A DNA stretch of 64,000 nucleotides from sequence record OK040170.1. The stretch is one strand, 5' to 3'. Both the position numbers and the translations under genes were made by a program. Under the pieces are notes generated by a model, which ran no database searches, was not told the DNA's origin, and was given only the letters and a program-made list of their open reading frames with translations. The first letter of the stretch is position 1. Each line of letters starts with the position of its first letter. Below are positions 18,941-27,835 of this stretch, one piece after another.

Positions 18941-19717
18941 ATGGGTCGTCAAAAAGCCGCGACAGTTAAACGTCGCGATGTTCGTAAAGCAAAAAGACAA
19001 AACAACCGTGGCATTGATAATCTGGTAGAGTTCCCGACTGCCGGTGGTCACGACGTTATCGGCATGGCTAAAGAGAAGCGCGATACAAGCCCTCTGGAGC
19101 CACGTAACGATAACCAAGCGCAATACCTTAACGCTTTAGAACTAAGCAACATCGTCGTTTCTACGGGCTCCGCTGGTGCAGGTAAAACCTATATCTGCGC
19201 TGCCTGGGCAGCTGATCGTCTTCTGGCAAAAGAGACTGATCGGATTATCGTAACGCGTCCTGTGTTGACTGCTGAAGAAGATCTGGGTTTCTTGCCCGGT
19301 GACATCTCCGAAAAATTCCGCCCGTTCTTCCGTCCAGTTTACGACGTGTTGCGTAAACGCCTGGGTAATAGCTTCCTCGAGTATTGCCTGAAACCGATGA
19401 TCGAGAAAGTCGAGATTGCACCTTTCGCTTATATGCGTGGTCGTACATTCGATGATGCGGTTGTCATTCTGGACGAAGCTCAGAACGTTACTGTCAACCA
19501 GATGCGTCTCTTCATTACGCGTATCGGCATGAACTCCACTGTAATTATCAATGGCGACATTGAGCAGTGCGATCTGCCAAACAAAAACGATTCAGGTCTG
19601 CTTGATCTGATTCGTCGTATTGAAGAACGGGATATTGACATTCCCGTAATCAAGTTCGTTAAGGATGACTGCGTGCGTTCACCGATCTGTCAGCTGGGTC
19701 TGGAGATTTATTCGTAA
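18941..19717 (+). CDS. phoH: PhoH family ATPase
   Basis: GSAGAGKTY, IIVTRP, APFAYMRGRTF, ILDEAQN, RIG, NGDIEQCD motifs. Confidence 0.95.
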   Translation: MGRQKAATVKRRDVRKAKRQNNRGIDNLVEFPTAGGHDVIGMAKEKRDTSPLEPRNDNQAQYLNALELSNIVVSTGSAGAGKTYICAAWAADRLLAKETDRIIVTRPVLTAEEDLGFLPGDISEKFRPFFRPVYDVLRKRLGNSFLEYCLKPMIEKVEIAPFAYMRGRTFDDAVVILDEAQNVTVNQMRLFITRIGMNSTVIINGDIEQCDLPNKNDSGLLDLIRRIEERDIDIPVIKFVKDDCVRSPICQLGLEIYS

Positions 19718-19769
19718 CCATTGGGTAGAGGGCTTCGGCTCTCTACCTTATTCGAATTCTTTTCAGAAC

Positions 19770-19785
19770 TATATCACTTATTTGA
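19770..19785 (+). promoter_or_regulatory. early promoter variant TATATCAC-N5-TGA
   Basis: Consensus-like site upstream of a small acidic ORF. Confidence 0.7.
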
Positions 19786-19821
19786 ATGAACATTTAATAA
19801 AACATATTGGAGTTTTTAAAG

Positions 19822-19938
19822 ATGGGTGATTTCTTGGACTTTATCATGGGTGCTATTCTTTGTTCTGCTGCTGCGGGGGAATTGGACGAAGAAGAGGAAG
19901 AGCTGGAAGTTGAAGAAGTAGAGGATGAAGACGATTAA
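19822..19938 (+). CDS. 38-aa poly-acidic microprotein (not in ORF track)
   Basis: MGDFLDFIMGAILCSAAAGELDEEEEELEVEEVEDEDD; GGAG RBS; sole ORF between a promoter and a terminator. Confidence 0.75.
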   Translation: MGDFLDFIMGAILCSAAAGELDEEEEELEVEEVEDEDD

Positions 19939-20005
19939 GTTCGTTCTTCGGCAGGGGTAGTTCCCTGCCCTCTATTTTTTGTTTTGTCTAATAAGGAGAT
20001 TCGTT

Positions 20006-20290
20006 GTGCCCCGTTTACTTACGTTGATTGTTCCGATTTATGCTGCTGCACTTACTTATATTTTCTCAGTGATCTACAAAGACCTCAGTGAAGATACACT
20101 CATGGTTATTACTACGCTGGGTTTCTCCGGAGTAGTCGTTTGCATTATGCTTTATAGCTACGGTATCTTCCGTAGTACGAATCGCCTCAAGGCGTGGCTG
20201 GAGAAAGGGTACTTGGATTACCTGTCGATGATCCCAAGTATTTCATTCGCCGTTTCATTAACGATCCTTTTCTACATCATGGACATTTAA
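20006..20290 (+). CDS. small 3-TM membrane protein
   Basis: AAGGAG RBS before GTG 20006; hydrophobic. Confidence 0.7.
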   Translation: MPRLLTLIVPIYAAALTYIFSVIYKDLSEDTLMVITTLGFSGVVVCIMLYSYGIFRSTNRLKAWLEKGYLDYLSMIPSISFAVSLTILFYIMDI

Positions 20291-20291
20291 A

Positions 20292-20621
20292 ATGATAGAG
20301 TATATTCGTTCTGAGAATTTCCTGTCTGGCTTTTACTTCGTTCTCTTCGTGATGTCAACCTTCACGTTCATCGGGATTCGTCACTCTGAAGTCATTGGTC
20401 AGTTGACTAGAGCGACGACTTGGGTGTTGGTCGCAGCTGGTCTTATGACTATCTTTGGTTTTGTGGTTATCGCGCCCATTACCGAAGACTGGAGTCATCT
20501 CGGCTTCCTGCCCTTCACTTCGTTCCTCGGTTACGTTGTAGCCAGGGTCACTACGTCGATGGAGAACGAGAGAGTCGATAACAAGTCTAAACGACGGAGC
20601 ATTCACCATGCTAAAGACTGA
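20292..20621 (+). CDS. small 3-TM membrane protein
   Basis: Three hydrophobic segments, basic tail. Confidence 0.7.
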   Translation: MIEYIRSENFLSGFYFVLFVMSTFTFIGIRHSEVIGQLTRATTWVLVAAGLMTIFGFVVIAPITEDWSHLGFLPFTSFLGYVVARVTTSMENERVDNKSKRRSIHHAKD

Positions 20622-20907
20622 CCAAAAATACCCGCGTCGTGGCGGGGCGGTAGAGAACTTAATCTACCTCGTGCAATTCGTGGTGGTTGTCTTTGGGTAC
20701 TTCCAGTTCTTGGTTGAACCTGAAGACATTTACAACCAACTGGTCTTTATTTTCATTGCGTCGATTATCATTGAGAATCTGGCAGTACTGTGGATTCTCC
20801 GTGCTAAGATCGTTACCTCGGTCACTAACGCAGTTATCTGGTGTGCGTTGGGATCGGTTCTGGGTTGTGTTATTACGGCCTGGTACTTTGAGGTATTCAC
20901 GCTTTAA
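20608..20907 (+). CDS. small 3-TM membrane protein
   Basis: Three hydrophobic segments. Confidence 0.7.
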   Translation: MLKTDQKYPRRGGAVENLIYLVQFVVVVFGYFQFLVEPEDIYNQLVFIFIASIIIENLAVLWILRAKIVTSVTNAVIWCALGSVLGCVITAWYFEVFTL

Positions 20908-20919
20908 AGGAATCGCTAG

Positions 20920-21501
20920 ATGTCAAATCTTTACTTCTACTACGCTTCCATGAACTCAGGGAAATCGACCACGCTTATTCAGTCGGCCTATAACTACCGT
21001 GAACGTCGTATGCGTCCTCTGGTAATGAAGCCTGCAATCGATACGCGTGACTCTGAGCAAGAAGTCGTCAGTCGAATCGGCCTTCACGTTGAAGCTGTCA
21101 TCATCCGTGAAGAGATGGATCTTCCAAGTTATATCCGTAACGACATTTTGTTAAACGGAAAGCTGGATTGTATCCTGGTTGATGAGGCTCAATTCCTCAC
21201 CGCTGCTCAAGTAAGTCAGTTAGCCTTCATTGTAGACGCTATGGATATCCCAGTGCTCTGCTATGGGCTGCGTAACGACTTCCGTGGTGAAGCGTTCCCT
21301 GGTTCTGCTCGGTTGTTAGCAATGGCTGACAAGTTGGTAGAAATCAAATCGATCTGTTGGTGCGGTTCTAAATCTACTCATGTTCTCCGTTTGGATGGCG
21401 AGGGTAAGGTTCTGCGTTCCGGGCCACAGGTTCAGATTGGGGGTAACGATAGCTACGTAGCTGTCTGCCGTAAACATTGGCGGGAGGGGAAATATGAGTA
21501 G
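20920..21501 (+). CDS. tdk: thymidine kinase
   Basis: YASMNSGKST, LVDEAQFL, VLCYGLRNDF, CWCG, IGGNDSYVAVCRKHW motifs. Confidence 0.95.
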   Translation: MSNLYFYYASMNSGKSTTLIQSAYNYRERRMRPLVMKPAIDTRDSEQEVVSRIGLHVEAVIIREEMDLPSYIRNDILLNGKLDCILVDEAQFLTAAQVSQLAFIVDAMDIPVLCYGLRNDFRGEAFPGSARLLAMADKLVEIKSICWCGSKSTHVLRLDGEGKVLRSGPQVQIGGNDSYVAVCRKHWREGKYE

Positions 21502-21742
21502 TGCGTGTAAGGTTGCCATTGCCGTTACACTGGCATGTTTGACGGTGTTAACTTTGGCACTCGCCGTTCCTAACTTTCACGATGTCGTTCCTTTCTGGAT
21601 CGCACCTATCGCTTCGATCGTTTCTTTCATTGTAGCGGTCGGACTCTTCGTTAGTAAATACCGCGAGGCCAAATGGGCTATTATCGTCCAGTACGTTTCG
21701 CTGTACGTCTATATCGTGTCAGTTATCTGTATCAGTAACTAA
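21494..21742 (+). CDS. small 3-TM membrane protein
   Basis: 82 aa, three hydrophobic segments. Confidence 0.7.
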   Translation: MSSACKVAIAVTLACLTVLTLALAVPNFHDVVPFWIAPIASIVSFIVAVGLFVSKYREAKWAIIVQYVSLYVYIVSVICISN

Positions 21743-21796
21743 GCGTAGGGAGGGGTTAATTCCTCTCCCTTATTTTTAACCTAAAGGGAACGTATT

Positions 21797-21841
21797 ATGA
21801 ATAATGCGCATTTCTCCTGGCCTGATGAGTGGTACTGTTAA
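21797..21841 (+). CDS. 14-aa upstream peptide MNNAHFSWPDEWYC
   Basis: AAAGGGA RBS; its TAA overlaps the ATG at 21841. Confidence 0.45.
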   Translation: MNNAHFSWPDEWYC

Positions 21842-22281
21842 TGTCTGAACATTCGCGCGTAGTTAACGAAGATGGCACCATTACTATCTTCGTAAGTAAG
21901 TTAGGTGTCCCGTCTAAAATCGACGGACGGATCTATAACGCTTCGGAAGAAGTAATCGATAAGTTCACTAAGGACAACATCGGTAAAGTCGTAGGTACGT
22001 TTGGGCACCCGGACATGACCGGCTTTGTCGACGTCGCCGATTACTTCAAACGACTCGAAGCAAAAGATCTGTTTAACAGCATCGGGATCTTGGTAGACGC
22101 CAACCTTAAGGTAGACGAGCCGTATCTCGTAATCGAACCGAGCAAGCGCCTCAAAAAGATGGTTGACGATAACGTACCATTTGGGCTGGGTATACGCGCT
22201 ATTGTGATCGCGCATTCTCTTGAGTCGAACAATGTTCTGACTATTGAAAAACTCATCGGCTACGATGTCGTCACTAAGTAA
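21841..22281 (+). CDS. prohead-protease-like protein (S80/T4 gp21 fold), probably inactive
   Basis: DGRIY, GTFGHP, FGLGIRA, LIGYDVV; His kept, Ser position is Gly. Confidence 0.65.
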   Translation: MSEHSRVVNEDGTITIFVSKLGVPSKIDGRIYNASEEVIDKFTKDNIGKVVGTFGHPDMTGFVDVADYFKRLEAKDLFNSIGILVDANLKVDEPYLVIEPSKRLKKMVDDNVPFGLGIRAIVIAHSLESNNVLTIEKLIGYDVVTK

Positions 22282-22331
22282 CTAAAAACATGAGGGCTTC
22301 GGCCCTCTATTATTTTTGTCAGGAGATCACC

Positions 22332-22883
22332 ATGGCTAACAAAACGAGAGAACAGCTGCTCGAAGAATTGAAAGTAGCAATTAACGCAAACGTCCAACAT
22401 TGCTCCCGCATCGCAAAAACAAAAGAAGAAGCGGCCGTCATGGTCGCCGGGTCTATCCTCCGTATTCTGGACGGGGTAACTTCTTCTTTCCCTCACGCAG
22501 TTAACCTGGTGGCTAACGCGAACACGAAAGAGGATAAAGATTATCTTCGCTCAACTAACCGTGATTGGCTGAGTGAGGACACCGACTTTACTCCGATGGA
22601 TTATATCTATAAAACGATAACGATCGATTACCAGCCTGCAGATTTCTTCCCGTCTTTAGTTAAGCGCTATAAGGACATGGCTATGTCACTTAATCTAGAA
22701 GACCCTACCATGACAGGTAGTCATTTAGTCTGGATGTTAGAAGAGATGGCTTCTAATGAGGATCAGTCCGATACCAAGAAACATCGTTGGTTAGGTTACA
22801 TCCAGGGCATCCTTATTGCGCACGGCGTAACTACCGTCGATAAAGAACGTAACTTTACTCGGAGGATCTTCAATGGTGCGTAA
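22332..22883 (+). CDS. hypothetical protein
   Basis: AGGAG RBS; C-terminal KKHRWLGYIQGIL motif of a common phage domain. Confidence 0.75.
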   Translation: MANKTREQLLEELKVAINANVQHCSRIAKTKEEAAVMVAGSILRILDGVTSSFPHAVNLVANANTKEDKDYLRSTNRDWLSEDTDFTPMDYIYKTITIDYQPADFFPSLVKRYKDMAMSLNLEDPTMTGSHLVWMLEEMASNEDQSDTKKHRWLGYIQGILIAHGVTTVDKERNFTRRIFNGA

Positions 22884-22998
22884 GGTTTGGGAACGTCGAT
22901 TAGAGATCATTATTGTTTTGGTCTTTGTTGTTTGTATCCCGGCCGCAGTAGTCGCGGCATTGATGTTCCTTCTGGAAATGAACGGTAGCCTTAAATGA
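22873..22998 (+). CDS. 41-aa single-TM microprotein
   Basis: MVRKVWERRLEIIIVLVFVVCIPAAVVAALMFLLEMNGSLK; GGAGG RBS. Confidence 0.65.
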   Translation: MVRKVWERRLEIIIVLVFVVCIPAAVVAALMFLLEMNGSLK

Positions 22999-23120
22999 AT
23001 TCTAAAGAAAACTTCATTTCATGGATTAACTCGATAGTAACCGCTGCAGTAATTGCGCTGCCGGTACTAATCTCGATGATCTTACTCCTTTACTTTTCTA
23101 CTGGCGGGGAAGTCTACTGA
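22995..23120 (+). CDS. 41-aa single-TM microprotein
   Basis: MNSKENFISWINSIVTAAVIALPVLISMILLLYFSTGGEVY; ATGA overlap upstream, TGATG downstream. Confidence 0.65.
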   Translation: MNSKENFISWINSIVTAAVIALPVLISMILLLYFSTGGEVY

Positions 23121-23581
23121 TGTTCCTTGAAACGTATCGTGATATGTGGAGATCCTTCTATACTCGCTACCGTTACGAAGGGGCAAAAGGAAAGGTCTTT
23201 AAATTCGCCGTATCTGAAGACGTGGTCGATACATTAGATAAACGCATGGCGGTAATATTCCTAAAAGATCCTGGGCAAGAACCTAAGCTCCTTTGGGTCT
23301 ATTACAACGAACCCATTTACCCTACAGTTTTCATCAGAGCACTGAAGGCTGCAGGCGTTATTAAAGAGGGTATCGGTTACGAACACGGGTGCGCTGCTAA
23401 TCTCAGTGTGTCTAGACACTCTCGTAGCGATGTCTGGCAGATCTACACGGGTTCGCGGCCATTGTTGAAAGTAGGGTTGTTTAGCTCTACGTTCTACGCC
23501 AAAGCTATCGATCATGTCGGCTTCTTGGTAAATGACCATAAAGCCTTTCTCAAATTCTGTACTAATAAGGGTCTAAAATGA
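23120..23581 (+). CDS. hypothetical protein
   Basis: 153 aa. Confidence 0.75.
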   Translation: MFLETYRDMWRSFYTRYRYEGAKGKVFKFAVSEDVVDTLDKRMAVIFLKDPGQEPKLLWVYYNEPIYPTVFIRALKAAGVIKEGIGYEHGCAANLSVSRHSRSDVWQIYTGSRPLLKVGLFSSTFYAKAIDHVGFLVNDHKAFLKFCTNKGLK

Positions 23582-24648
23582 GCATTGCTACATTAGAGAA
23601 ATATAAAAAAGGTTTCCATGAATCTAAGCGATTTACTCCTTGGATGGTTAACTTTGCCGAAGGTTTCATCGACCTATTCCTCGTAGCAGATGGGGAGTAC
23701 TCTTATTTGTTGAGTAGTCGTTTTACGTTGCACGAGCTGAGTGGTCACATCTCCGACCAACCTGCGTTACTCGCAGCGGTCACTGCCATATGGCAATCAA
23801 ACCCTAACCTGGTTCGCGTTGTACTGCGCGTTTGTGATCTTTTACAAAACGGTCATCGACTCGACGTACTGGAAGAGATCGATCCAAGTAAGGTTAAGTA
23901 CGACCAGATGTCGGATGTAACCTATTACGAAGGTTACGATATCGTTAAACAGGGCGACGAGTGGCTGGCGGTCTATCGTTCGAGAGTCCATCCTAGCGAT
24001 ACTTACAGCACCTGGCAAAGTTTCGGGGAACGTACTCCGGTTAAGTTCCCATACGACCCGCTGGATGAAGCGGAGAAGACTTACTACACGACCCCGTATA
24101 TCCCACTTCCGTCTGGCGGTGAGGAACTGGAGTATACGGCCATTCCTAAAGGGACGGATGTTGATCTCTGGTTAGCTGAACGGGCAACTAAGTACTACTA
24201 CGGCGTTAAGTATACCGAATACGGTAGTACTGTCTGTTTCCTTACTGCGGAACAGGTGACTGCAATTGCTGAGTTATGGGTAGGTAAACTCTCCACTGAT
24301 GCGTTGGTTAAATCGTTAGAAGCAAAAGATCCGATGCTAGCTCACCAGATCTTACAACTCTACGGTATGATCTACATTCCGTCTATCCATCTCCCGCCGC
24401 TCTACGTAGGCCACGTACATTCTCACCTGCCGGGTATCATGTCACCTGCGCCTAAGTACGACAGTTTTGTACTGGCTGTAGATCCAGATAAGGTTCCAGC
24501 CTTCCTGGATAAAATGGGTACGCGTTACGAGGCGTTCTTTGCTCGTGACGAAAAAGGAAACTACCAACCCGCTAAAGTCAAGCATTTCAAAATGACTGAG
24601 GTTGACATCGGTAGCCTGAAGTTGAAGACCTTCCCTTCTAAACTTTAA
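23578..24648 (+). CDS. hypothetical protein
   Basis: 356 aa, ATGA overlap. Confidence 0.8.
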   Translation: MSIATLEKYKKGFHESKRFTPWMVNFAEGFIDLFLVADGEYSYLLSSRFTLHELSGHISDQPALLAAVTAIWQSNPNLVRVVLRVCDLLQNGHRLDVLEEIDPSKVKYDQMSDVTYYEGYDIVKQGDEWLAVYRSRVHPSDTYSTWQSFGERTPVKFPYDPLDEAEKTYYTTPYIPLPSGGEELEYTAIPKGTDVDLWLAERATKYYYGVKYTEYGSTVCFLTAEQVTAIAELWVGKLSTDALVKSLEAKDPMLAHQILQLYGMIYIPSIHLPPLYVGHVHSHLPGIMSPAPKYDSFVLAVDPDKVPAFLDKMGTRYEAFFARDEKGNYQPAKVKHFKMTEVDIGSLKLKTFPSKL

Positions 24649-24716
24649 AACATAGACGAGTAGGGGAAACCCTACTCGCTTTTAACGTATCGCCGACTAC
24701 TATAGAGAGGTGTTAC

Positions 24717-25403
24717 ATGGAACAATTAATTGAGTTTGCTAAGACGTTCGCAATCGCTGCCCATTCTGCAATCGGGCAAAAGAGAAAGGGTAGCGACATC
24801 CCTTACTGGAGACATCCAGAGCAAGTCGCCAATATCGTAAGTCGTTACCATCCGATTCCTTCGCTCATCGCGGCAGCGTGGCTCCACGACGTATTGGAGG
24901 ATACTCAGTCGGAGAAGCGGGACATTGCTTATGCGTTCTTGAATTCAAGGACGTTGCTGGATAAGGCAAGTAGTGAGATGACGATGGCTATGAATATACT
25001 GACTGAACTTACCGATGAGTTCAAGGGTACTCCTGGCGTTAATCGTCTGTACCGTGTTTCAGCAGAAATCCTTCGCCATTCTCGTTGCGACCTGGATGGA
25101 TTTTGGGTCGTTAAGATTGGGGACGTACTCTCTAATCTTTCGTGTAAGGATACCGTAGATCTTTCTTTCCTTCCGGTGTTCTTGTCAGAGACGTATACGT
25201 TAATGACTATGGCGCCGGAGCGCATCAAGGCTTTACCTATTTATCTCGATCTCATGACCGAGTTCGATAAGTATGAAGAAGAGGTTCAATTCAAAGAATC
25301 GCTTCGAACCGCTACTTACCGTGTAGCGATAAAAACGCTTAACGCTAAATTCCCAAAACCTTTTACTCAGGAGCAACTCCGTGACTACTTCACTTCGAAA
25401 TGA
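24717..25403 (+). CDS. HD-domain hydrolase, RelA/SpoT (Mesh1/SAH)-like
   Basis: AHSAIGQKRKGSDIPYWRHPEQVA, AAAWLHDVLEDT, VVKIGDVLSNL. Confidence 0.85.
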   Translation: MEQLIEFAKTFAIAAHSAIGQKRKGSDIPYWRHPEQVANIVSRYHPIPSLIAAAWLHDVLEDTQSEKRDIAYAFLNSRTLLDKASSEMTMAMNILTELTDEFKGTPGVNRLYRVSAEILRHSRCDLDGFWVVKIGDVLSNLSCKDTVDLSFLPVFLSETYTLMTMAPERIKALPIYLDLMTEFDKYEEEVQFKESLRTATYRVAIKTLNAKFPKPFTQEQLRDYFTSK

Positions 25404-25827
25404 TTTCCCACAAGTTCACTTTAACCTGCTGTCTTCTTACGGTCTGGCAGAAGCTTCGGTCGGCTTCATCGACGGTCAACTGAAACGTAACAACGGCTCT
25501 CTGATGGCGCTTAAAGCGAACATGGTAACTAACGTTGCCCGTGCGCTGTATCACAGCGACTATCGCCAGGAACGTACCATCGGGGAAATCAAAGAGCAAC
25601 TTCGCTCTATGAGTCTTTACGAGCTGGGTGTGTTGGGCTATGCGATGACTATCGGGGAAGATAACTTCACCTTTGGTTATATCCAGAACGACGAAGCGCC
25701 AACTGCGACTACCGTTGCCGAGCTGCTGCGCGAAATCCAATCTGCGTTCACCGAGCGCGGTAACACCGTAGCCGATAATATCCTGGCTGCACTCGTAACC
25801 GAATATGACAACAAGGCCCTCAACTGA
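25381..25827 (+). CDS. hypothetical protein
   Basis: AGGAG RBS before GTG. Confidence 0.7.
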   Translation: MTTSLRNDFPQVHFNLLSSYGLAEASVGFIDGQLKRNNGSLMALKANMVTNVARALYHSDYRQERTIGEIKEQLRSMSLYELGVLGYAMTIGEDNFTFGYIQNDEAPTATTVAELLREIQSAFTERGNTVADNILAALVTEYDNKALN

Positions 25828-26177
25828 TGTCTACGCCATACGAGCAGTTAGTTGTAAACAGAGCGGCCGGGGTTTCTATCCGCTACTCCAACTTCAAGGA
25901 CGACCAAAGCCTGGATCATTGCAAAATGGTAAACCGGGCTTACCATAGCTCGGATGAGGACATCGTTGTAGGTGACTTCAAAGAGGGTGATATTATCGTA
26001 GCGCTGAGTGTCAGGATGAATCAACCTGAACCAAAGAAGAACACTTGGAGCACTCAGTACTACCGCACCTTTATGCTGCGTGTGTTCGCTAAAACAAACA
26101 GCGAAGCATTCAAAGCTGCAAACAAATATCTGGATGAACATCCGGAGCTGATTAAAACCATCCCGCAAGGAGAGTAA
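25827..26177 (+). CDS. hypothetical protein
   Basis: 116 aa, TGATG overlap. Confidence 0.7.
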   Translation: MSTPYEQLVVNRAAGVSIRYSNFKDDQSLDHCKMVNRAYHSSDEDIVVGDFKEGDIIVALSVRMNQPEPKKNTWSTQYYRTFMLRVFAKTNSEAFKAANKYLDEHPELIKTIPQGE

Positions 26178-26178
26178 T

Positions 26179-26355
26179 ATGGACGAAGGCCAAGATACCA
26201 ACTCAGGAATAATTTGGGGTGTTGGGTTAATCCTGGCGTCCTTATTCATCATCTTTACTCTGGTCTGCGCTATAATCTGGAGAGCCGTTGGTTCCCTGGG
26301 CAGCGCAACCATCACATTCATCAAACGGGGTACTCGTTATGTACTACGACGGTAA
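26179..26355 (+). CDS. 58-aa single-TM microprotein (not in ORF track)
   Basis: MDEGQDTNSGIIWGVGLILASLFIIFTLVCAIIWR...; AAGGAG RBS. Confidence 0.6.
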   Translation: MDEGQDTNSGIIWGVGLILASLFIIFTLVCAIIWRAVGSLGSATITFIKRGTRYVLRR

Positions 26356-26656
26356 TGAGTTACGTGAGCGTTTCGTTGCTGATATCAAAAAGATCGCTGA
26401 TGAAGTTCGTGAAGGGACAAGTCACGATAAAGTCGGCCAAGTAGTCAAAGAGCTACTTGAATACATGGACGGTACTCACAAGCTCAGTGTCAATCCGATG
26501 CTCCTCTACGTTGATGCCATGGAGCAAGATAAGATCAATAAGTTAATGATGGCTGGTGATCAGATTATTGAAGATCCTATCTGCATTAACACGGGCGAAT
26601 ATCTCGCCCCTCACTTTAAGGTGAAGCGCGATGACCCAAAGTCGATACACGAGTAA
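26339..26656 (+). CDS. hypothetical protein
   Basis: Likely start ATG 26339 (GGGG RBS). Confidence 0.65.
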   Translation: MYYDGNELRERFVADIKKIADEVREGTSHDKVGQVVKELLEYMDGTHKLSVNPMLLYVDAMEQDKINKLMMAGDQIIEDPICINTGEYLAPHFKVKRDDPKSIHE

Positions 26657-26972
26657 AGACCTCAATATGGAAGTCTTTGCTCAGGAACTGGAGCAGGGCT
26701 ATCTGCACGAAGATATAGCGTACCGCTACGATGTTCCGGTAAGCGACATTGAACGAATGCATACGCTCTTACGACTGACCGAGTATTCTGCCCGTACTGG
26801 GAATGCTATTTGCTTCCCGTTGCCATCGTTCGCATTTCCTGCCGATGAGTCTACTGCGGATCTTTTACGCTATACTCCACGCAGTCCAAGGATGGACTCG
26901 GTTAATTTGAATCTCACCATGGATGAAATCCTCGACGATCGTTGTCCAGGTGAGATCTATCTGGAGAAGTAA
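26631..26972 (+). CDS. small HTH-like protein, paralog of 38512-38808
   Basis: LEQGYLHEDIAYRYDVPVSDIER. Confidence 0.55.
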   Translation: MTQSRYTSKDLNMEVFAQELEQGYLHEDIAYRYDVPVSDIERMHTLLRLTEYSARTGNAICFPLPSFAFPADESTADLLRYTPRSPRMDSVNLNLTMDEILDDRCPGEIYLEK

Positions 26973-26973
26973 A

Positions 26974-27432
26974 ATGAAATTTGCTTTCTACAAGGGTCAG
27001 CGGGGTAAGTTTACTAAGGCTAACCGCGCATTGACTTCAATGGCTAATATCAAGGTCGGTGTCTCTGCTAGTCTGGGTTTCAACAACACAGTGATCTATA
27101 CTGACGGCGGTACACTTAATGTCTTGATGCTTGGCGATCGGATGTTACGCACCTCGGTGATTTATGTCAAGTCACTCAAACCGAAACGCATCCCTGGCAA
27201 AGACGGGAATGTGACATTCACTTCGGTTAGTATCGATACGGATATCGTAGGTTACGGTGATCTTGGCCTGACTTCTGGTTTCCGTGTATTGGGTGAGCGT
27301 ATCGTCAATGAGATTAATCGTGGTACCTTCGACGTGGCGAAACTTATTTACTGTCGCGACCATGGTCACTCTACCGTAACTGAAGGCTTGGCTGAAACAG
27401 AGCCAGGCGAAGAGTTTTACGTTAAGGCGTAA
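26974..27432 (+). CDS. hypothetical protein
   Basis: GGAG RBS before ATG 26974. Confidence 0.7.
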   Translation: MKFAFYKGQRGKFTKANRALTSMANIKVGVSASLGFNNTVIYTDGGTLNVLMLGDRMLRTSVIYVKSLKPKRIPGKDGNVTFTSVSIDTDIVGYGDLGLTSGFRVLGERIVNEINRGTFDVAKLIYCRDHGHSTVTEGLAETEPGEEFYVKA

Positions 27433-27540
27433 TTAAATGTCAACTAACCGTTCTCGCCAGCGGGCGAATACTTATTCCGAAAAACTACCTAGCCCTAGGG
27501 GATAGTCTTCTAGGGCTGATGGTTATTTGGAATATCAATA

Positions 27541-27786
27541 ATGTCAAATCGTACTCGTGCTTTCCGTCGTTACAAACGTGAACTTAAGAAACAAGCTGTT
27601 CGTCGCTATGGCGTTGCTGGTTACTGGTTCAATGGCGATAATCCCGTTAGTGACAAAGTCGTTATCGGTAAGGTTGCTACGACACCTAAAGCATGTAGTT
27701 GCTGGATGTGCGCCAATCACGGTAAGGTATTCGGTGAGCGTTTCTCCGATACTCGTCGTAAGTTGAAGCACACCGGCGGTGAGTAA
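27541..27786 (+). CDS. small basic protein with CSCWMC motif
   Basis: 81 aa, Arg/Lys-rich, possible Zn site. Confidence 0.7.
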   Translation: MSNRTRAFRRYKRELKKQAVRRYGVAGYWFNGDNPVSDKVVIGKVATTPKACSCWMCANHGKVFGERFSDTRRKLKHTGGE

Positions 27787-27835
27787 TCATAACGGCTAGG
27801 GGAAATCCCCTAGCCTATTTCTGGAGTTATACAAG

